DNA of 54,953 bases from Candidatus Zhuqueibacterota bacterium. GTDB taxonomy: Bacteria > Zhuqueibacterota > Zhuqueibacteria > Residuimicrobiales > Krinioviventaceae. Shown piece after piece: positions 1 to 8,834 of the stretch (position 1 is its first letter; the number at the start of each line of letters is the position of its first letter). The stretch lies in assembly GCA_034506455.1 (NCBI GenBank), contig JAPDPN010000002.1, positions 14,011 through 68,963 on the forward strand. The letters are read 5' to 3'. The position numbers were made by a program, and so were the translations under genes. Under the pieces are notes generated by a model that did no database searches, had not been told where the DNA came from, and worked only from the letters and a program-made list of their open reading frames with translations.

Positions 1-304
1 CCGGCTTGAATGTCTTGACCAACATCTGTCCGGTCAAGATCGCCAACAGCGTGGAGCCGATAAAGTAACCCATCGTTTTGGTTCCCAACCGTACGATGCC
101 GGCAGTGGAACCGACCGCCAGAACTCCCGAGAGAATCGACGTTACAATGAGGGGCATGACGGTCATGCGCAGCAGACGCAAAAAAATCTCTGCCGGCGGC
201 TCAACAAACGGCAGCAGGGCGAGACCCGCCAGCCGACCCGCGGCGGCGCCGATCAGCAGGCCGAAAAGTATCCAAAGGGTAAAGTGAATTCTTGGTTTCT
301 TCAT
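1..304 (-). CDS. dicarboxylate/amino acid:cation symporter (DAACS, GltP/DctA-like), N-terminal fragment running off the window
   Basis: Not in the ORF track. The reverse complement of 304..1 reads MKKPRIHFTLWILFGLLIGAAAG...AEIFLRLLRMTVMPLIVTSILSGVLAVGSTAGIVRLGTKTMGYFIGSTLLAILTGQMLVKTFKP. This parallels the GltP N-terminus as I recall it (GDIFIHLIKMIVVPIVISTLVVGIAGVGD...GRIGAKTIIYF). ATG at 304..302. Confidence 0.8.
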   Translation of the reverse strand, partial: MKKPRIHFTLWILFGLLIGAAAGRLAGLALLPFVEPPAEIFLRLLRMTVMPLIVTSILSGVLAVGSTAGIVRLGTKTMGYFIGSTLLAILTGQMLVKTFKP

Positions 305-461
305 CTGTACAAAGTCAATCCGATTGGAAATCATTCAAACCATTTGGGAGTAAGCGGCAGGAACCGCCCCTTCAAGTCGCCGGGCAAACCTCTCCTTTTC
401 GACAAGTATTTTGCCGGAGTCGGAAAGCCGTCCAAATGGGGCGAAACTCGCCTCCCTGCAC

Positions 462-1706
462 CTAACGGCTGTTTTCTTCCCACAGGCGAACCAATTCGAT
501 GATCACCTGCACGGCCTTGTTCATGTCCTGAACGGAAATGAACTCGCTGCGGGAATGAAAGTTATGGCCGCCGGCAAACAGATTGGGGGTCGGCAGGCCC
601 ATGTAACAGAGGCGTGCGCCGTCGGTGCCGCCGCGAATGGCGTGTCGGACCGGCGTCAATCCGGCTCTGCGCACCGCCTCTAAAGCGTATTCGACCACAT
701 GCGGCGTTTCATCCAGCTTGTATTTCATGTTCCGGTAAGACTCGACGACCTGCCATTCGTGCGCAGCGTTGGGATAGTCCCGCAACACGTTTTCGACGAT
801 TTCCTTCAAAAAGCTCTCTTTCTCATGGAGACCTTCTTCGGTAAAGTCGCGGATGAGGAATTTGACAGTCGATTGCTCCTCATTGCCTGAAAAATAGTGC
901 GGGTGGATGTATCCCTGCCTATTTTCCGTAGTTTCCGGTGACAAGGTGTGTTTGGGCAGCCTATCGACGATTTGCGATGCGATTTTGATCGAATTGACCA
1001 TTTTATTTTTTGCATAACCCGGGTGCACATTGACGCCCTTGATGGTCAGGACAACCGAATCAGCGCAAAAGGTCTCGTCCTCCACTTCGCCCGCCGTTTC
1101 GCCGTCTATCGTATAGGCGGCGACGGCGCCGAAGGCCTTGACGTCGAAATGATCGACGCCGCGGCCGATCTCTTCATCCGGTGTAAAGGCGACCTTGATC
1201 GGCCCGTGCTTTATTTCAGGATGTGCAATCAAATAGGCAAGAGCCTCCATGATCTCGGCAATGCCCGCCTTGTCATCGGCTCCCAAGAGGGTTGTCCCGT
1301 CGGATGTAATGATGTCGTGCCCGATCATAGTGCTCAGGATGGGGTTTTCAGACTCGCGCAAAATAACTCCCGAGTCGCCAAGCACAATGTCGCCGCCTTG
1401 ATAGTTGCGGTGCACCATCGGCCGCACGTTTTTGCCGGAGACATCGGGCGAAGTATCCATATGGGCAATCAGACCAACGGCAGGAACCTTTTTACTGCTG
1501 TTGGCCGGGAGCTCGGCGATAACATAAAAATAGGGATCGATCGTCACATTGTCGAGTCCGAGAGCCTTCAATTCTTCGGCCAGAAAACGTGCAAATTCTT
1601 TCTGTCCCTCCGTGCTTGGAAACGTCGTTGAGTTGGGGTTGGATTGAGTGTCAAAGCGGACATAGCGCAGAAATCTCTCCGCACAAGAGTCCCCAAACTG
1701 TCGCAT
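462..1706 (-). CDS. pepT: peptidase T (M20B tripeptide aminopeptidase)
   Basis: Motifs HMDTSPD, LLGADDKAGIAEIMEA and IRGGTDGA. I trimmed the 439-aa ORF to the Met at 1706 (MRQFGDSCAERFLRYVRFDTQS). GGGAGG lies 4 nt upstream (CCTCCC at 1711-1716 on +). This gives about 414 aa. Confidence 0.9.
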   Translation of the reverse strand: MRQFGDSCAERFLRYVRFDTQSNPNSTTFPSTEGQKEFARFLAEELKALGLDNVTIDPYFYVIAELPANSSKKVPAVGLIAHMDTSPDVSGKNVRPMVHRNYQGGDIVLGDSGVILRESENPILSTMIGHDIITSDGTTLLGADDKAGIAEIMEALAYLIAHPEIKHGPIKVAFTPDEEIGRGVDHFDVKAFGAVAAYTIDGETAGEVEDETFCADSVVLTIKGVNVHPGYAKNKMVNSIKIASQIVDRLPKHTLSPETTENRQGYIHPHYFSGNEEQSTVKFLIRDFTEEGLHEKESFLKEIVENVLRDYPNAAHEWQVVESYRNMKYKLDETPHVVEYALEAVRRAGLTPVRHAIRGGTDGARLCYMGLPTPNLFAGGHNFHSRSEFISVQDMNKAVQVIIELVRLWEENSR

Positions 1707-1806
1707 AAAACCTCCCATCCTTGGCAGTTGCAATTTATTGTCAATGGCCGAGATCTGCTTGCATCGGGTATAAAGATGCACTATATTTTCTCGTCAAAGG
1801 AAATTT

Positions 1807-2316
1807 ATGGATTTCTATCATAGAAAAAAGTTGTTTTTTTGGGCGCTCGCCCTGATAACAACGGGGGTCTTTTGCGTAAACGAGGCGCCAAAACGGTCGT
1901 CGATCGATCGCCGACCGAACGGCGGCATTCTGCGGCTCACCTTGAATGAGAAGCAGATGCATGACGTGTTCTTTGAAGCGCAATTTACGCCGCGCGGCGA
2001 GCTTTTCGCATTGGACAATCTTCAGCTATACAATTTTCAGCCGGGTTCGAACAAATATCCGCGACTGTTGTTCTCTGTAGATTACGCAGAGAGCTCCCTT
2101 TTTAAATGGGGAGGCCTTACTTTTTCTTTGAACAGCCCAGCATTCACTCCATCGTCGGGCAGCCGTACTTATATTTTTCAGGGCGAGCTGATTATTGCCA
2201 AAGCCGACGAAAAGAAGGTAGAGGGATCATTTTCCGGTAAACTGATCCACCCGACAAACGGCAGAACTTTTTCGATCTATGGAGAGTTTATAGCTCCGGT
2301 AAGGTTCAATATTTAA
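1807..2316 (+). CDS. hypothetical secreted or lipoprotein-like protein
   Basis: N-terminal hydrophobic signal KKLFFWALALITTGVFC followed by VNEAP. I recognise no catalytic motif. Confidence 0.5.
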   Translation: MDFYHRKKLFFWALALITTGVFCVNEAPKRSSIDRRPNGGILRLTLNEKQMHDVFFEAQFTPRGELFALDNLQLYNFQPGSNKYPRLLFSVDYAESSLFKWGGLTFSLNSPAFTPSSGSRTYIFQGELIIAKADEKKVEGSFSGKLIHPTNGRTFSIYGEFIAPVRFNI

Positions 2317-2349
2317 AAAAGAGGTGAAAACCGTCATCCAAAAAAGCTG

Positions 2350-2378
2350 TTGACTTTTAGAGCAAAAAATACTAAGTT
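2350..2378 (+). promoter_or_regulatory. candidate sigma-70-like promoter for the exbB cluster (TTGACT-17 nt-TAAGTT)
   Basis: TTGACT at 2350-2355, a 17-nt spacer and TAAGTT at 2373-2378, in an AT-rich tract about 55 nt upstream of the exbB ATG. The -10 element is weak. Confidence 0.25.
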
Positions 2379-2432
2379 TTTAAAAAATAAATCTAATCAA
2401 TAAAAATAACGTGTAGACGGAGGAAACGACAA

Positions 2433-3044
2433 ATGGTAAAGATGTTCTTGGACGGCGGTGCTTTCATGTGGCCGATTCTTTTTCTGCTTATTATTGGCTT
2501 GATGATTTCGATCGAGCGTTTCATTACGCTGTTCCGCGCTTCGATTAACACCAAGAAATTCATCTCGCAGGTAAAGCAGGCTCTGACCGAGGGCGGCGTC
2601 GATAAGGCCATTGAAGTCTGCGCCAATACCCGCGGTCCCATTGCTTCTATTTTTCATGCCGGTCTGCTTCGCTCGCAAGAAGGAATCGAGAACGTTGAAA
2701 AGGCCATCGCCAATGCCGGTACCATTGAAATGGCTTTCCTGGAGCGCGGTTTGATCTGGTTGGCCACGGTGATTGCTCTCGCCCCGATGCTCGGCTTTAC
2801 CGGAACGGTTCAAGGTATGATCAATGCTTTCGACGCCATTAAAGCGGCGAACGATATCTCTCCGGCCATCGTCGCGGGCGGTATCTCCATCGCGTTGTTG
2901 ACCACTTTGTTCGGCCTGGTTGTCGCTATGATCATCCAGTTTTTCCACAATCTGTTCGTCGCTAAAATCGACAGCATGATCATCGAAATGGAAGAAAGCT
3001 CAAATGAACTGATCGACGCTCTGGTCGAATTCAAGCGCAAATAA
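2433..3044 (+). CDS. exbB: MotA/TolQ/ExbB family proton-channel protein
   Basis: Three-TM pattern (MWPILFLLIIGLMISIERF; LAPMLGFTGTVQGMINAF; GGISIALLTTLFGLVVAMI), about 200 aa. GGAGGA lies 9 nt upstream. Two ExbD genes and TonB follow. Confidence 0.85.
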   Translation: MVKMFLDGGAFMWPILFLLIIGLMISIERFITLFRASINTKKFISQVKQALTEGGVDKAIEVCANTRGPIASIFHAGLLRSQEGIENVEKAIANAGTIEMAFLERGLIWLATVIALAPMLGFTGTVQGMINAFDAIKAANDISPAIVAGGISIALLTTLFGLVVAMIIQFFHNLFVAKIDSMIIEMEESSNELIDALVEFKRK

Positions 3045-3068
3045 CCCTTTTCGGCGCGGAGAACCGTC

Positions 3069-3470
3069 ATGCTTGTAAACAAAAGAAAAAAACGAAAGGC
3101 TGAAATCCCGACCGCCTCGCAAGCGGACTTGGCCTTTTTGCTCTTGATCTTTTTCCTGGTGACTACCAACATTGATACCGATAAAGGCATTCAGATGGTT
3201 CTGCCGGAGAAGGGTCAAGAGACCAAAGTGCATAAGCAGAACATTGCCAACATCCTCATCAACGCCAACGGCCAGGTCATGATGGATGAGCAGCCGATCG
3301 AGGTCAAGCTGATCGCTGAAAAAGCGCGGCAAATGATTCGAGACAACGAGAACATTATTTTTTCGGTTAAAACCGTACGCGATACGCGCTATGATGTTTA
3401 TATCGACGTTCTCGATCAATTAAAAATGGCCAATGCCAAGCGTATTTCCATTGCCGAACCTGAACAATAA
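3069..3470 (+). CDS. exbD: ExbD/TolR biopolymer transport protein
   Basis: 133 aa with an N-terminal basic stretch, one TM (DLAFLLLIFFLVTT) and a periplasmic domain. Sits directly after exbB. Confidence 0.8.
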   Translation: MLVNKRKKRKAEIPTASQADLAFLLLIFFLVTTNIDTDKGIQMVLPEKGQETKVHKQNIANILINANGQVMMDEQPIEVKLIAEKARQMIRDNENIIFSVKTVRDTRYDVYIDVLDQLKMANAKRISIAEPEQ

Positions 3471-3518
3471 AAAGCTCTATCATTTCATATCCAAAAAGAG
3501 AATGAGGAGTAATAAACC

Positions 3519-3944
3519 TTGAAGAGATTCCAGAAAAAAGTCAAAGTCGGCACAGAAATACCGCAGGCGTCTTTGCCCGACATTATCTTTATGCTTTTGA
3601 TGTTTTTCATGGTTTCGACCACATTCAAGCAGTCCCAAGGATTGAAACTCGTCCTGCCGGATGCAAAAAAGATCGAAAAACTAAAGGCAGTGCGCGACGT
3701 TGCCACCATTTGGGTGGACCGCACCGGCAGAATTTCCATCGATGATCGGCTTGTCGAGGTGAAATCAATTCGCAACATTATTTACAATAAGGCGATCGAT
3801 CCTCTTCATCCCATGAAGTTGGTGGCGTTGCGGGTTGACAAAGACTGCAAAATGGGAATTGTGTCGGATATTCATGAAGAGCTCAGAGCCGTCGGCGGAG
3901 CTGCCTTGCAGGTAAACTATTCGACACGAACCGCAACTGATTGA
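3519..3944 (+). CDS. exbD: ExbD/TolR biopolymer transport protein (second paralog)
   Basis: TTG start with GAGGAG 9 nt upstream. The motif PDIIFMLLMFFMVSTTF is ExbD-like. 141 aa. Confidence 0.75.
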   Translation: MKRFQKKVKVGTEIPQASLPDIIFMLLMFFMVSTTFKQSQGLKLVLPDAKKIEKLKAVRDVATIWVDRTGRISIDDRLVEVKSIRNIIYNKAIDPLHPMKLVALRVDKDCKMGIVSDIHEELRAVGGAALQVNYSTRTATD

Positions 3945-3962
3945 TTTGAGGAGGTTTTGATC

Positions 3963-4610
3963 ATGTTAATCCGCAAGAATCCCGAGGCTAATCTCAAGCT
4001 CAAATACGTCAAGTACAATGAGATCGGCCTGGTTATCGCTCTTGCGTTTCTCATTACGATTTTTCAAGCCTCCAAGCGGACCGAAAAAAAAGTCGTTGAG
4101 CAAGGTAGAGTCGATTTAAAAATCCAGGTCGAAGAAATTCCGCAGACGGAACAGGAAAAGCGGCCGCCCGCCCCGTCTCGCCCGACGATTCCGGTCGAAA
4201 GCGAAGATGAGGACGTTCCTGAAGATGCCACGATCGAATACACCGAGATCAATTTGGACGAGCTGCCGCCGCCTCCTCCGCCTCCGGAACAAGATGCAGG
4301 TGAAACACCGATCTTTGTTGCCTACGATGAACCGCCCGAACCGATCGGCGGATTTGCCGCCATTCAGGCCAATTTGGTCTACCCGGAAATTGCCCGCAAA
4401 GCCGGGGTAGAAGGGCGAGTTTACATCAACGTGCTGATCGATGAAAAAGGCAACGTCATCGACACCAAAGTTTTGAAATCGCTGGGCAACAACGGATGTG
4501 ATGAGGCTGCCATTGCCGCCATCAAGTCCGTCAAATGGAAACCCGCCAAACAGCGCGACAAACCCGTAAAGGTTTGGGTCGGCATTCCGGTAGTTTTTAA
4601 GCTCAAATAA
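3963..4610 (+). CDS. tonB: energy transducer TonB
   Basis: N-terminal TM, a Pro/Glu-rich spacer (PPAPSRPTIPVESEDEDVPED...LPPPPPPPE) and a C-terminal TonB fold (YPEIARKAGVEGRVYINVLIDEKGNV...VKWKPAKQRDKPVKVWV). I prefer the ATG at 3963 (GAGGAGG 9 nt upstream) over the TTG at 3957 in the track. Confidence 0.85.
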   Translation: MLIRKNPEANLKLKYVKYNEIGLVIALAFLITIFQASKRTEKKVVEQGRVDLKIQVEEIPQTEQEKRPPAPSRPTIPVESEDEDVPEDATIEYTEINLDELPPPPPPPEQDAGETPIFVAYDEPPEPIGGFAAIQANLVYPEIARKAGVEGRVYINVLIDEKGNVIDTKVLKSLGNNGCDEAAIAAIKSVKWKPAKQRDKPVKVWVGIPVVFKLK

Positions 4611-4615
4611 TTTAT

Positions 4616-5191
4616 ATGTCGCATGGTAAAAGCAAGGCGGTGCAGGTGTCGGCACCGCCTTTTTCTTTTCAGGCTGCTCTTCCGTTCGCGGTTATTTTTC
4701 TGGCTGCCTTTCTTTCCTGTTTCAATCCTTTTGCACCGCGCCTCGAAAAAAGTTCACCGCAGGCTTTGTTCCTAACCGAGCAAAAAAGCCCGGATGAGGT
4801 GCTGCAAAATTTTGTTTACGCCTATACCTTTAAAGATTCGCTCGTTTATGCCGACTTGCTGGACAGCTCTTTTGTCTTTGTCTATTTCGACCCTTCGCTC
4901 GGCGGATCCGGTCGATTTGTCTCCTGGGGAAGAGACGTCGATTTAAAAACCACAGGGCAACTATTCCGCAATACGGAGACCATTACTTTGACGTGGAATT
5001 CCACCATCTATCAGGACACCCTCTATGTCGGCAGCCAAATGGTCGGCATCGAGCTGTCCAAGACCCTGCAGCTGTACTTGTCCGGCAGCTTTGGCGATTA
5101 TACATTTAGCGGCAGTGCTGTTTTTAATTTCAAAAAATGCTCCGACAACAAATGGCGCATCACCCGCTGGAAGGATGAATCCAGCATGTAG
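4616..5191 (+). CDS. hypothetical lipoprotein
   Basis: Signal peptide ending FLAAFLSC followed by FNPFAP. I recognise no domain. It lies 6 nt after the tonB stop, with no terminator before dsbD. Confidence 0.5.
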   Translation: MSHGKSKAVQVSAPPFSFQAALPFAVIFLAAFLSCFNPFAPRLEKSSPQALFLTEQKSPDEVLQNFVYAYTFKDSLVYADLLDSSFVFVYFDPSLGGSGRFVSWGRDVDLKTTGQLFRNTETITLTWNSTIYQDTLYVGSQMVGIELSKTLQLYLSGSFGDYTFSGSAVFNFKKCSDNKWRITRWKDESSM

Positions 5192-5252
5192 GAATCCTTT
5201 TGCTTCATTTTCTATCGAATAACGAGTAGGACCATTTTCCGGAGGATTCCGC

Positions 5253-7022
5253 ATGATTCGAGTCATACTATTTCTTTTCGTTTTGTCTTCAGCTTTGTTT
5301 TCGCAATTCTTTTCGGCCGGCGACATTGTGTCCGTCAGCGCCGTGGCCGACCATGACCGCCTTTTTCCCGGCGCATCCATTCGCGGCGCAGTGGTTCTTA
5401 CTATTTCTCCCGGCCTTCATATCAACTCTCATCAGCCGACCGAAGCTTTTTATATTCCGACGCAGATCAAGTTGGATCCGCATCCCAATCTTCTTTTCGG
5501 TTCGCCCCAATTTCCGAAACCCTTGCTAAAGAAATTCTCTTTTTCACCGAATCGATTATCAGTTTTTGAGGGACGTACTGTTGTCGTTTTTGAAATTAAA
5601 GCCTCACCCGATCTTAAAGCGGATTCGATCGCGATCACCGGCTTTGTCTCTTACCAGGGCTGCAACGATTCCATGTGTTTTCCGCCGGAAGAAAAGCGCT
5701 TTGTCCTAAAGCTTCCGGTCGGCCAAGTCGGTGAACAGGCCGTGCCGATAAATGCGGATCTGTTCTCTTCATTTCCCCCTGCAATCGATCTGACGGCTGA
5801 AGAACAATCCGCGCTCGATTTTGTGGAAAGAGGCTTTTTTGCCGCTTTGGTCGCCTTTTTCCTCATCGGTTTGGCGCTCAACCTGACGCCGTGCGTCTAT
5901 CCGGTCATCCCGCTGACCGTCGCCTTTTTCGGCGGCCGCAATGCCTCGTCGAAGGGCAAAACTTTTCTTTCCGCGCTCTTTTATTTGCTCGGCATTGCGC
6001 TTTCCTTTTCAGCTTTGGGTCTGCTTTCCGGTCTGGCCGGAAAACAGTGGGGCTTTCTCTTTGCCAGCCCTTGGTTTGTAGTGGGCATTGCCGTGATCAT
6101 TCTGCTGATGGCTGCAAGCCTCTTTGGTGCCTTTGAAATCACCGTTCCCTCCTGGCTGCTGACTCGTATAGGCAAGTCGAAAGAGGGACAACTAGGCTCT
6201 CTGGTTATGGGCCTCACCGCCGGAGTGGTGATCGCCCCCTGTGCCGCCGGGGTGCTGGTGGGACTTGTCGGGCTGGTGGCCAAGCTCGGCCTGGTTTTCA
6301 AGGGTGCGGCCTTTTTCTTTGCCATGGGGATCGGTTTGGGCCTGCCTTACCTCTTTCTGGCCATGTTCAGCGGCTTGACTGCCAAGCTGCCGCAGTCAGG
6401 AGGGTGGATGCTTTGGGTCAGAAAAATATTTGCCTTCCTGCTGATCGGCGTGGCCATTTATTTCCTTCTGCCGCAGCTGGAGCGGGTACCGGGAAAACAA
6501 AGCTTCCTTTTCGGCATAACCGCGCTGACGGCCGGCCTTCTGCTCGGCTTTCTTGAGCATGGATTTTACAGCAAAGGCTTCAATCGATTCCGAAAAATAG
6601 CCGGACTACTTTTGATTGCTTACGGACTTTTTGCCGTCGACGGCGGCTTGAAGGCCCGCGAGTCCAGGATCAATTGGACCTATTACAGCGGTCAGTCAAT
6701 AGAAAGCCTGCTCGCGGAAGGAAAGCCTATGTTCATCGATTTTTATGCAGATTGGTGCGCCCCCTGTAAGCAGCTCGATCGCCGCACGTTTTCAGATCCG
6801 CAGGTTGCGGTACTCGCCGAATCCTTTGTTATGCTCAAGGTGGACTGCACGCAGCCTAATGAGCAAATCAAAGGCTTAATGCAGCAATTCCAAGTGTCCG
6901 GCATGCCGACGCTGGTCTTTTTATCAAAAAGCGGCAGAGAGCTCTCTGATCTACGCGAGATCGGATTCATACCGCCGGAAAAGTTTATTCTTTCCATGAA
7001 AAAGGCTCTTGCAGAGGAATAA
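5253..7022 (+). CDS. dsbD: thiol:disulfide interchange protein DsbD (N-terminal domain, CcdA-like membrane core, C-terminal thioredoxin)
   Basis: N-terminal domain Cys pair (YQGCNDSMCFPPEE), membrane core with LTPCVYPVIP and APCAAGV, and a C-terminal thioredoxin fold with WCAPC. GGAGGA Shine-Dalgarno (SD). Confidence 0.85.
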   Translation: MIRVILFLFVLSSALFSQFFSAGDIVSVSAVADHDRLFPGASIRGAVVLTISPGLHINSHQPTEAFYIPTQIKLDPHPNLLFGSPQFPKPLLKKFSFSPNRLSVFEGRTVVVFEIKASPDLKADSIAITGFVSYQGCNDSMCFPPEEKRFVLKLPVGQVGEQAVPINADLFSSFPPAIDLTAEEQSALDFVERGFFAALVAFFLIGLALNLTPCVYPVIPLTVAFFGGRNASSKGKTFLSALFYLLGIALSFSALGLLSGLAGKQWGFLFASPWFVVGIAVIILLMAASLFGAFEITVPSWLLTRIGKSKEGQLGSLVMGLTAGVVIAPCAAGVLVGLVGLVAKLGLVFKGAAFFFAMGIGLGLPYLFLAMFSGLTAKLPQSGGWMLWVRKIFAFLLIGVAIYFLLPQLERVPGKQSFLFGITALTAGLLLGFLEHGFYSKGFNRFRKIAGLLLIAYGLFAVDGGLKARESRINWTYYSGQSIESLLAEGKPMFIDFYADWCAPCKQLDRRTFSDPQVAVLAESFVMLKVDCTQPNEQIKGLMQQFQVSGMPTLVFLSKSGRELSDLREIGFIPPEKFILSMKKALAEE

Positions 7023-7135
7023 AAAAAGGGCCGGTTTCCTCCTAGTGAGTGCAGTAACACACTTTACCCATTTCAAGTAAAGCCGGCAGTTCTAAAATCG
7101 CTGTATTGATTCGGAATAAATCTAAAGGCGTCGGA

Positions 7136-7164
7136 GAATGCCCAGCGGCATTCCCCGTTTTTTT
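7136..7164 (+). terminator. intrinsic terminator after dsbD
   Basis: A 7-bp stem GAATGCC(7136-7142)/GGCATTC(7147-7153) with loop CAGC, then CCCG and a run of 7 T (7158-7164). The T run overlaps the stop codon of convergent pgm. Confidence 0.6.
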
Positions 7165-8809
7165 ATTTACGTTCTAAAACACGTCTAATCAGGTCTTCCG
7201 CTTCCTCGAGTATTTGTTCCAAATGCTCTTTACCTTTAAAGCTTTCGGCGTAGATCTTGTATTTGGGTTCGGTTCCCGAGGGCCTGGCGGCAAACCAGCC
7301 GTTTTCGGCAACCACTTTGAGCCCTTCGATCGGCTGACGGTTCCCCGGCGCAACGGTCAGCTTGGCGATAACGGATTCGCCGGCAAGCGTTTCATCCGGC
7401 ACATCATCCGCAGAGAGATGCTTCAAACGTTGCATTTGGCTCATCTCGGCATTGACGTCTTTGCGTCGGTAAATACAGACGCCGAATTTGTTTTCCAATT
7501 CTTCATAAATCTCGGCGGGATCTCTGCCGGTTACTGCACGAATTTCCGCCGCTAAAAGGGCTAAAATAATCCCGTCCTTATCCGTACTCCAGACGCTTCC
7601 GTCCAGACGCAGAAACGATGCGCCGGCACTTTCCTCTCCGGCAAATCCCAGCCAACCTTCATACAGGCCGGAAACGAACCATTTGAATCCTACCGGTACT
7701 TCATAAACAGGCCGGCCGATCGCTTGGGCGATACGGTCAATCATAGAGCTCGAGACCAGCGTTTTTCCGATCATGAGATTGCTCGACCACTGTTCTCTAT
7801 GCTGAAAGAGATACCAAATAGCGACGGAAAGGTAATGGTTAGGGTTCATCAAGCCGCCGTGAGGCGTGACAATGCCGTGCCGATCAAAGTCAGGGTCGTT
7901 CCCAAAGGCGACATCATAGTTTTCCCTCAGCTTGATGAGACCCGCCATGGCATAAGGCGAAGAGCAGTCCATGCGGATCTTTCCGTCGTGATCGAGGTGC
8001 ATAAATCGAAAAGTCGGGTCATAGTAATCGTTCAATCGATCGATCTTGAGGCCGTAACTTTCAGCGATTCTTTCCCAGTAGGCCAACCCTGATCCGCCCA
8101 ATGCATCCGCGGCAAGCGCCAGATTTGCGGATCGCAGGGCATCCATCCGGATGACTTGCGATAGCTCTCCGACATATCCTGATATATAATCGTGACGGTG
8201 AACACTGTCGGAGGCGAGGGCGCGGTTATATGGGATTCGGCGAACGTGGCGCAGCGCTTCGGCAATATGCTCATTCGCGCGTTTTTCGATGATGTCCGTA
8301 ACGGTTTTATCGGCTGGTCCGCCGTTAGGAGGATTATACTTTATGCCGCCGTCTTCCGGCGGATTATGCGACGGAGTAATGATCAGTCCGTCGGCAAAGC
8401 CGTTTTTTCGGTTGCGATTATAATAAAGAATCGCGTGCGACACCACGGGCGTCGGTGTGAAGCCGAGTTTTTCATCGATAAAAACGTCGATATTATTCGC
8501 TGCAAGCACTTCCAGGGCGGTTTTAAAAGCTGCATCCGAAAGTGCATGCGTGTCTTTGGCCAAAAACAACGGGCCGTTGATGCCAGCTTGTTTGCGATAA
8601 TCGCAGACGGCCTGAACAATCGCCGCCACATGTGTTTCGGTAAACGTTCGATTGAGCGACGTACCGCGATGACCCGATGTGCCGAAGTGAACTCTCTCCT
8701 TGGGGTTCTGCGGATCGGGTTTTTCCAAATAATATAGACTGATTAAATTCGGTATGTCCGGCAGCAATGAATGCGGAACGTGCTTTCCTGCCAACGGATG
8801 ATGACTCAT
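7163..8809 (-). CDS. pgm: alpha-D-glucose-phosphate-specific phosphoglucomutase
   Basis: Active-site loop TPSHNPPEDGGIKYN and sugar-binding GEESAG. 548 aa, as in E. coli-type Pgm. Confidence 0.9.
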   Translation of the reverse strand: MSHHPLAGKHVPHSLLPDIPNLISLYYLEKPDPQNPKERVHFGTSGHRGTSLNRTFTETHVAAIVQAVCDYRKQAGINGPLFLAKDTHALSDAAFKTALEVLAANNIDVFIDEKLGFTPTPVVSHAILYYNRNRKNGFADGLIITPSHNPPEDGGIKYNPPNGGPADKTVTDIIEKRANEHIAEALRHVRRIPYNRALASDSVHRHDYISGYVGELSQVIRMDALRSANLALAADALGGSGLAYWERIAESYGLKIDRLNDYYDPTFRFMHLDHDGKIRMDCSSPYAMAGLIKLRENYDVAFGNDPDFDRHGIVTPHGGLMNPNHYLSVAIWYLFQHREQWSSNLMIGKTLVSSSMIDRIAQAIGRPVYEVPVGFKWFVSGLYEGWLGFAGEESAGASFLRLDGSVWSTDKDGIILALLAAEIRAVTGRDPAEIYEELENKFGVCIYRRKDVNAEMSQMQRLKHLSADDVPDETLAGESVIAKLTVAPGNRQPIEGLKVVAENGWFAARPSGTEPKYKIYAESFKGKEHLEQILEEAEDLIRRVLERK

Positions 8810-8834
8810 GGCTGTATTCCCTTTGTCTGTTTCC

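Noticed and set aside
78-287. A 69-aa plus-strand ORF at the left edge.
   Set aside because: It is antisense to a clear DAACS symporter N-terminus on the minus strand. Its sequence is Arg/Ala/Pro-rich with no motif.
305-461. A small TTG-initiated 18-codon ORF after an AAGGAGAGG motif between pepT and the symporter gene.
   Set aside because: The SD-to-start spacing is poor, it uses a non-ATG start, it has no distinctive sequence and I cannot assess conservation. It is most likely fortuitous.
2040-2056. A T-loop-like GGTTCGAAC string that might suggest a tRNA.
   Set aside because: It lies inside an ORF, and the flanks cannot form a T-stem, acceptor stem or anticodon arm. No intergenic region here is long or structured enough for a tRNA.
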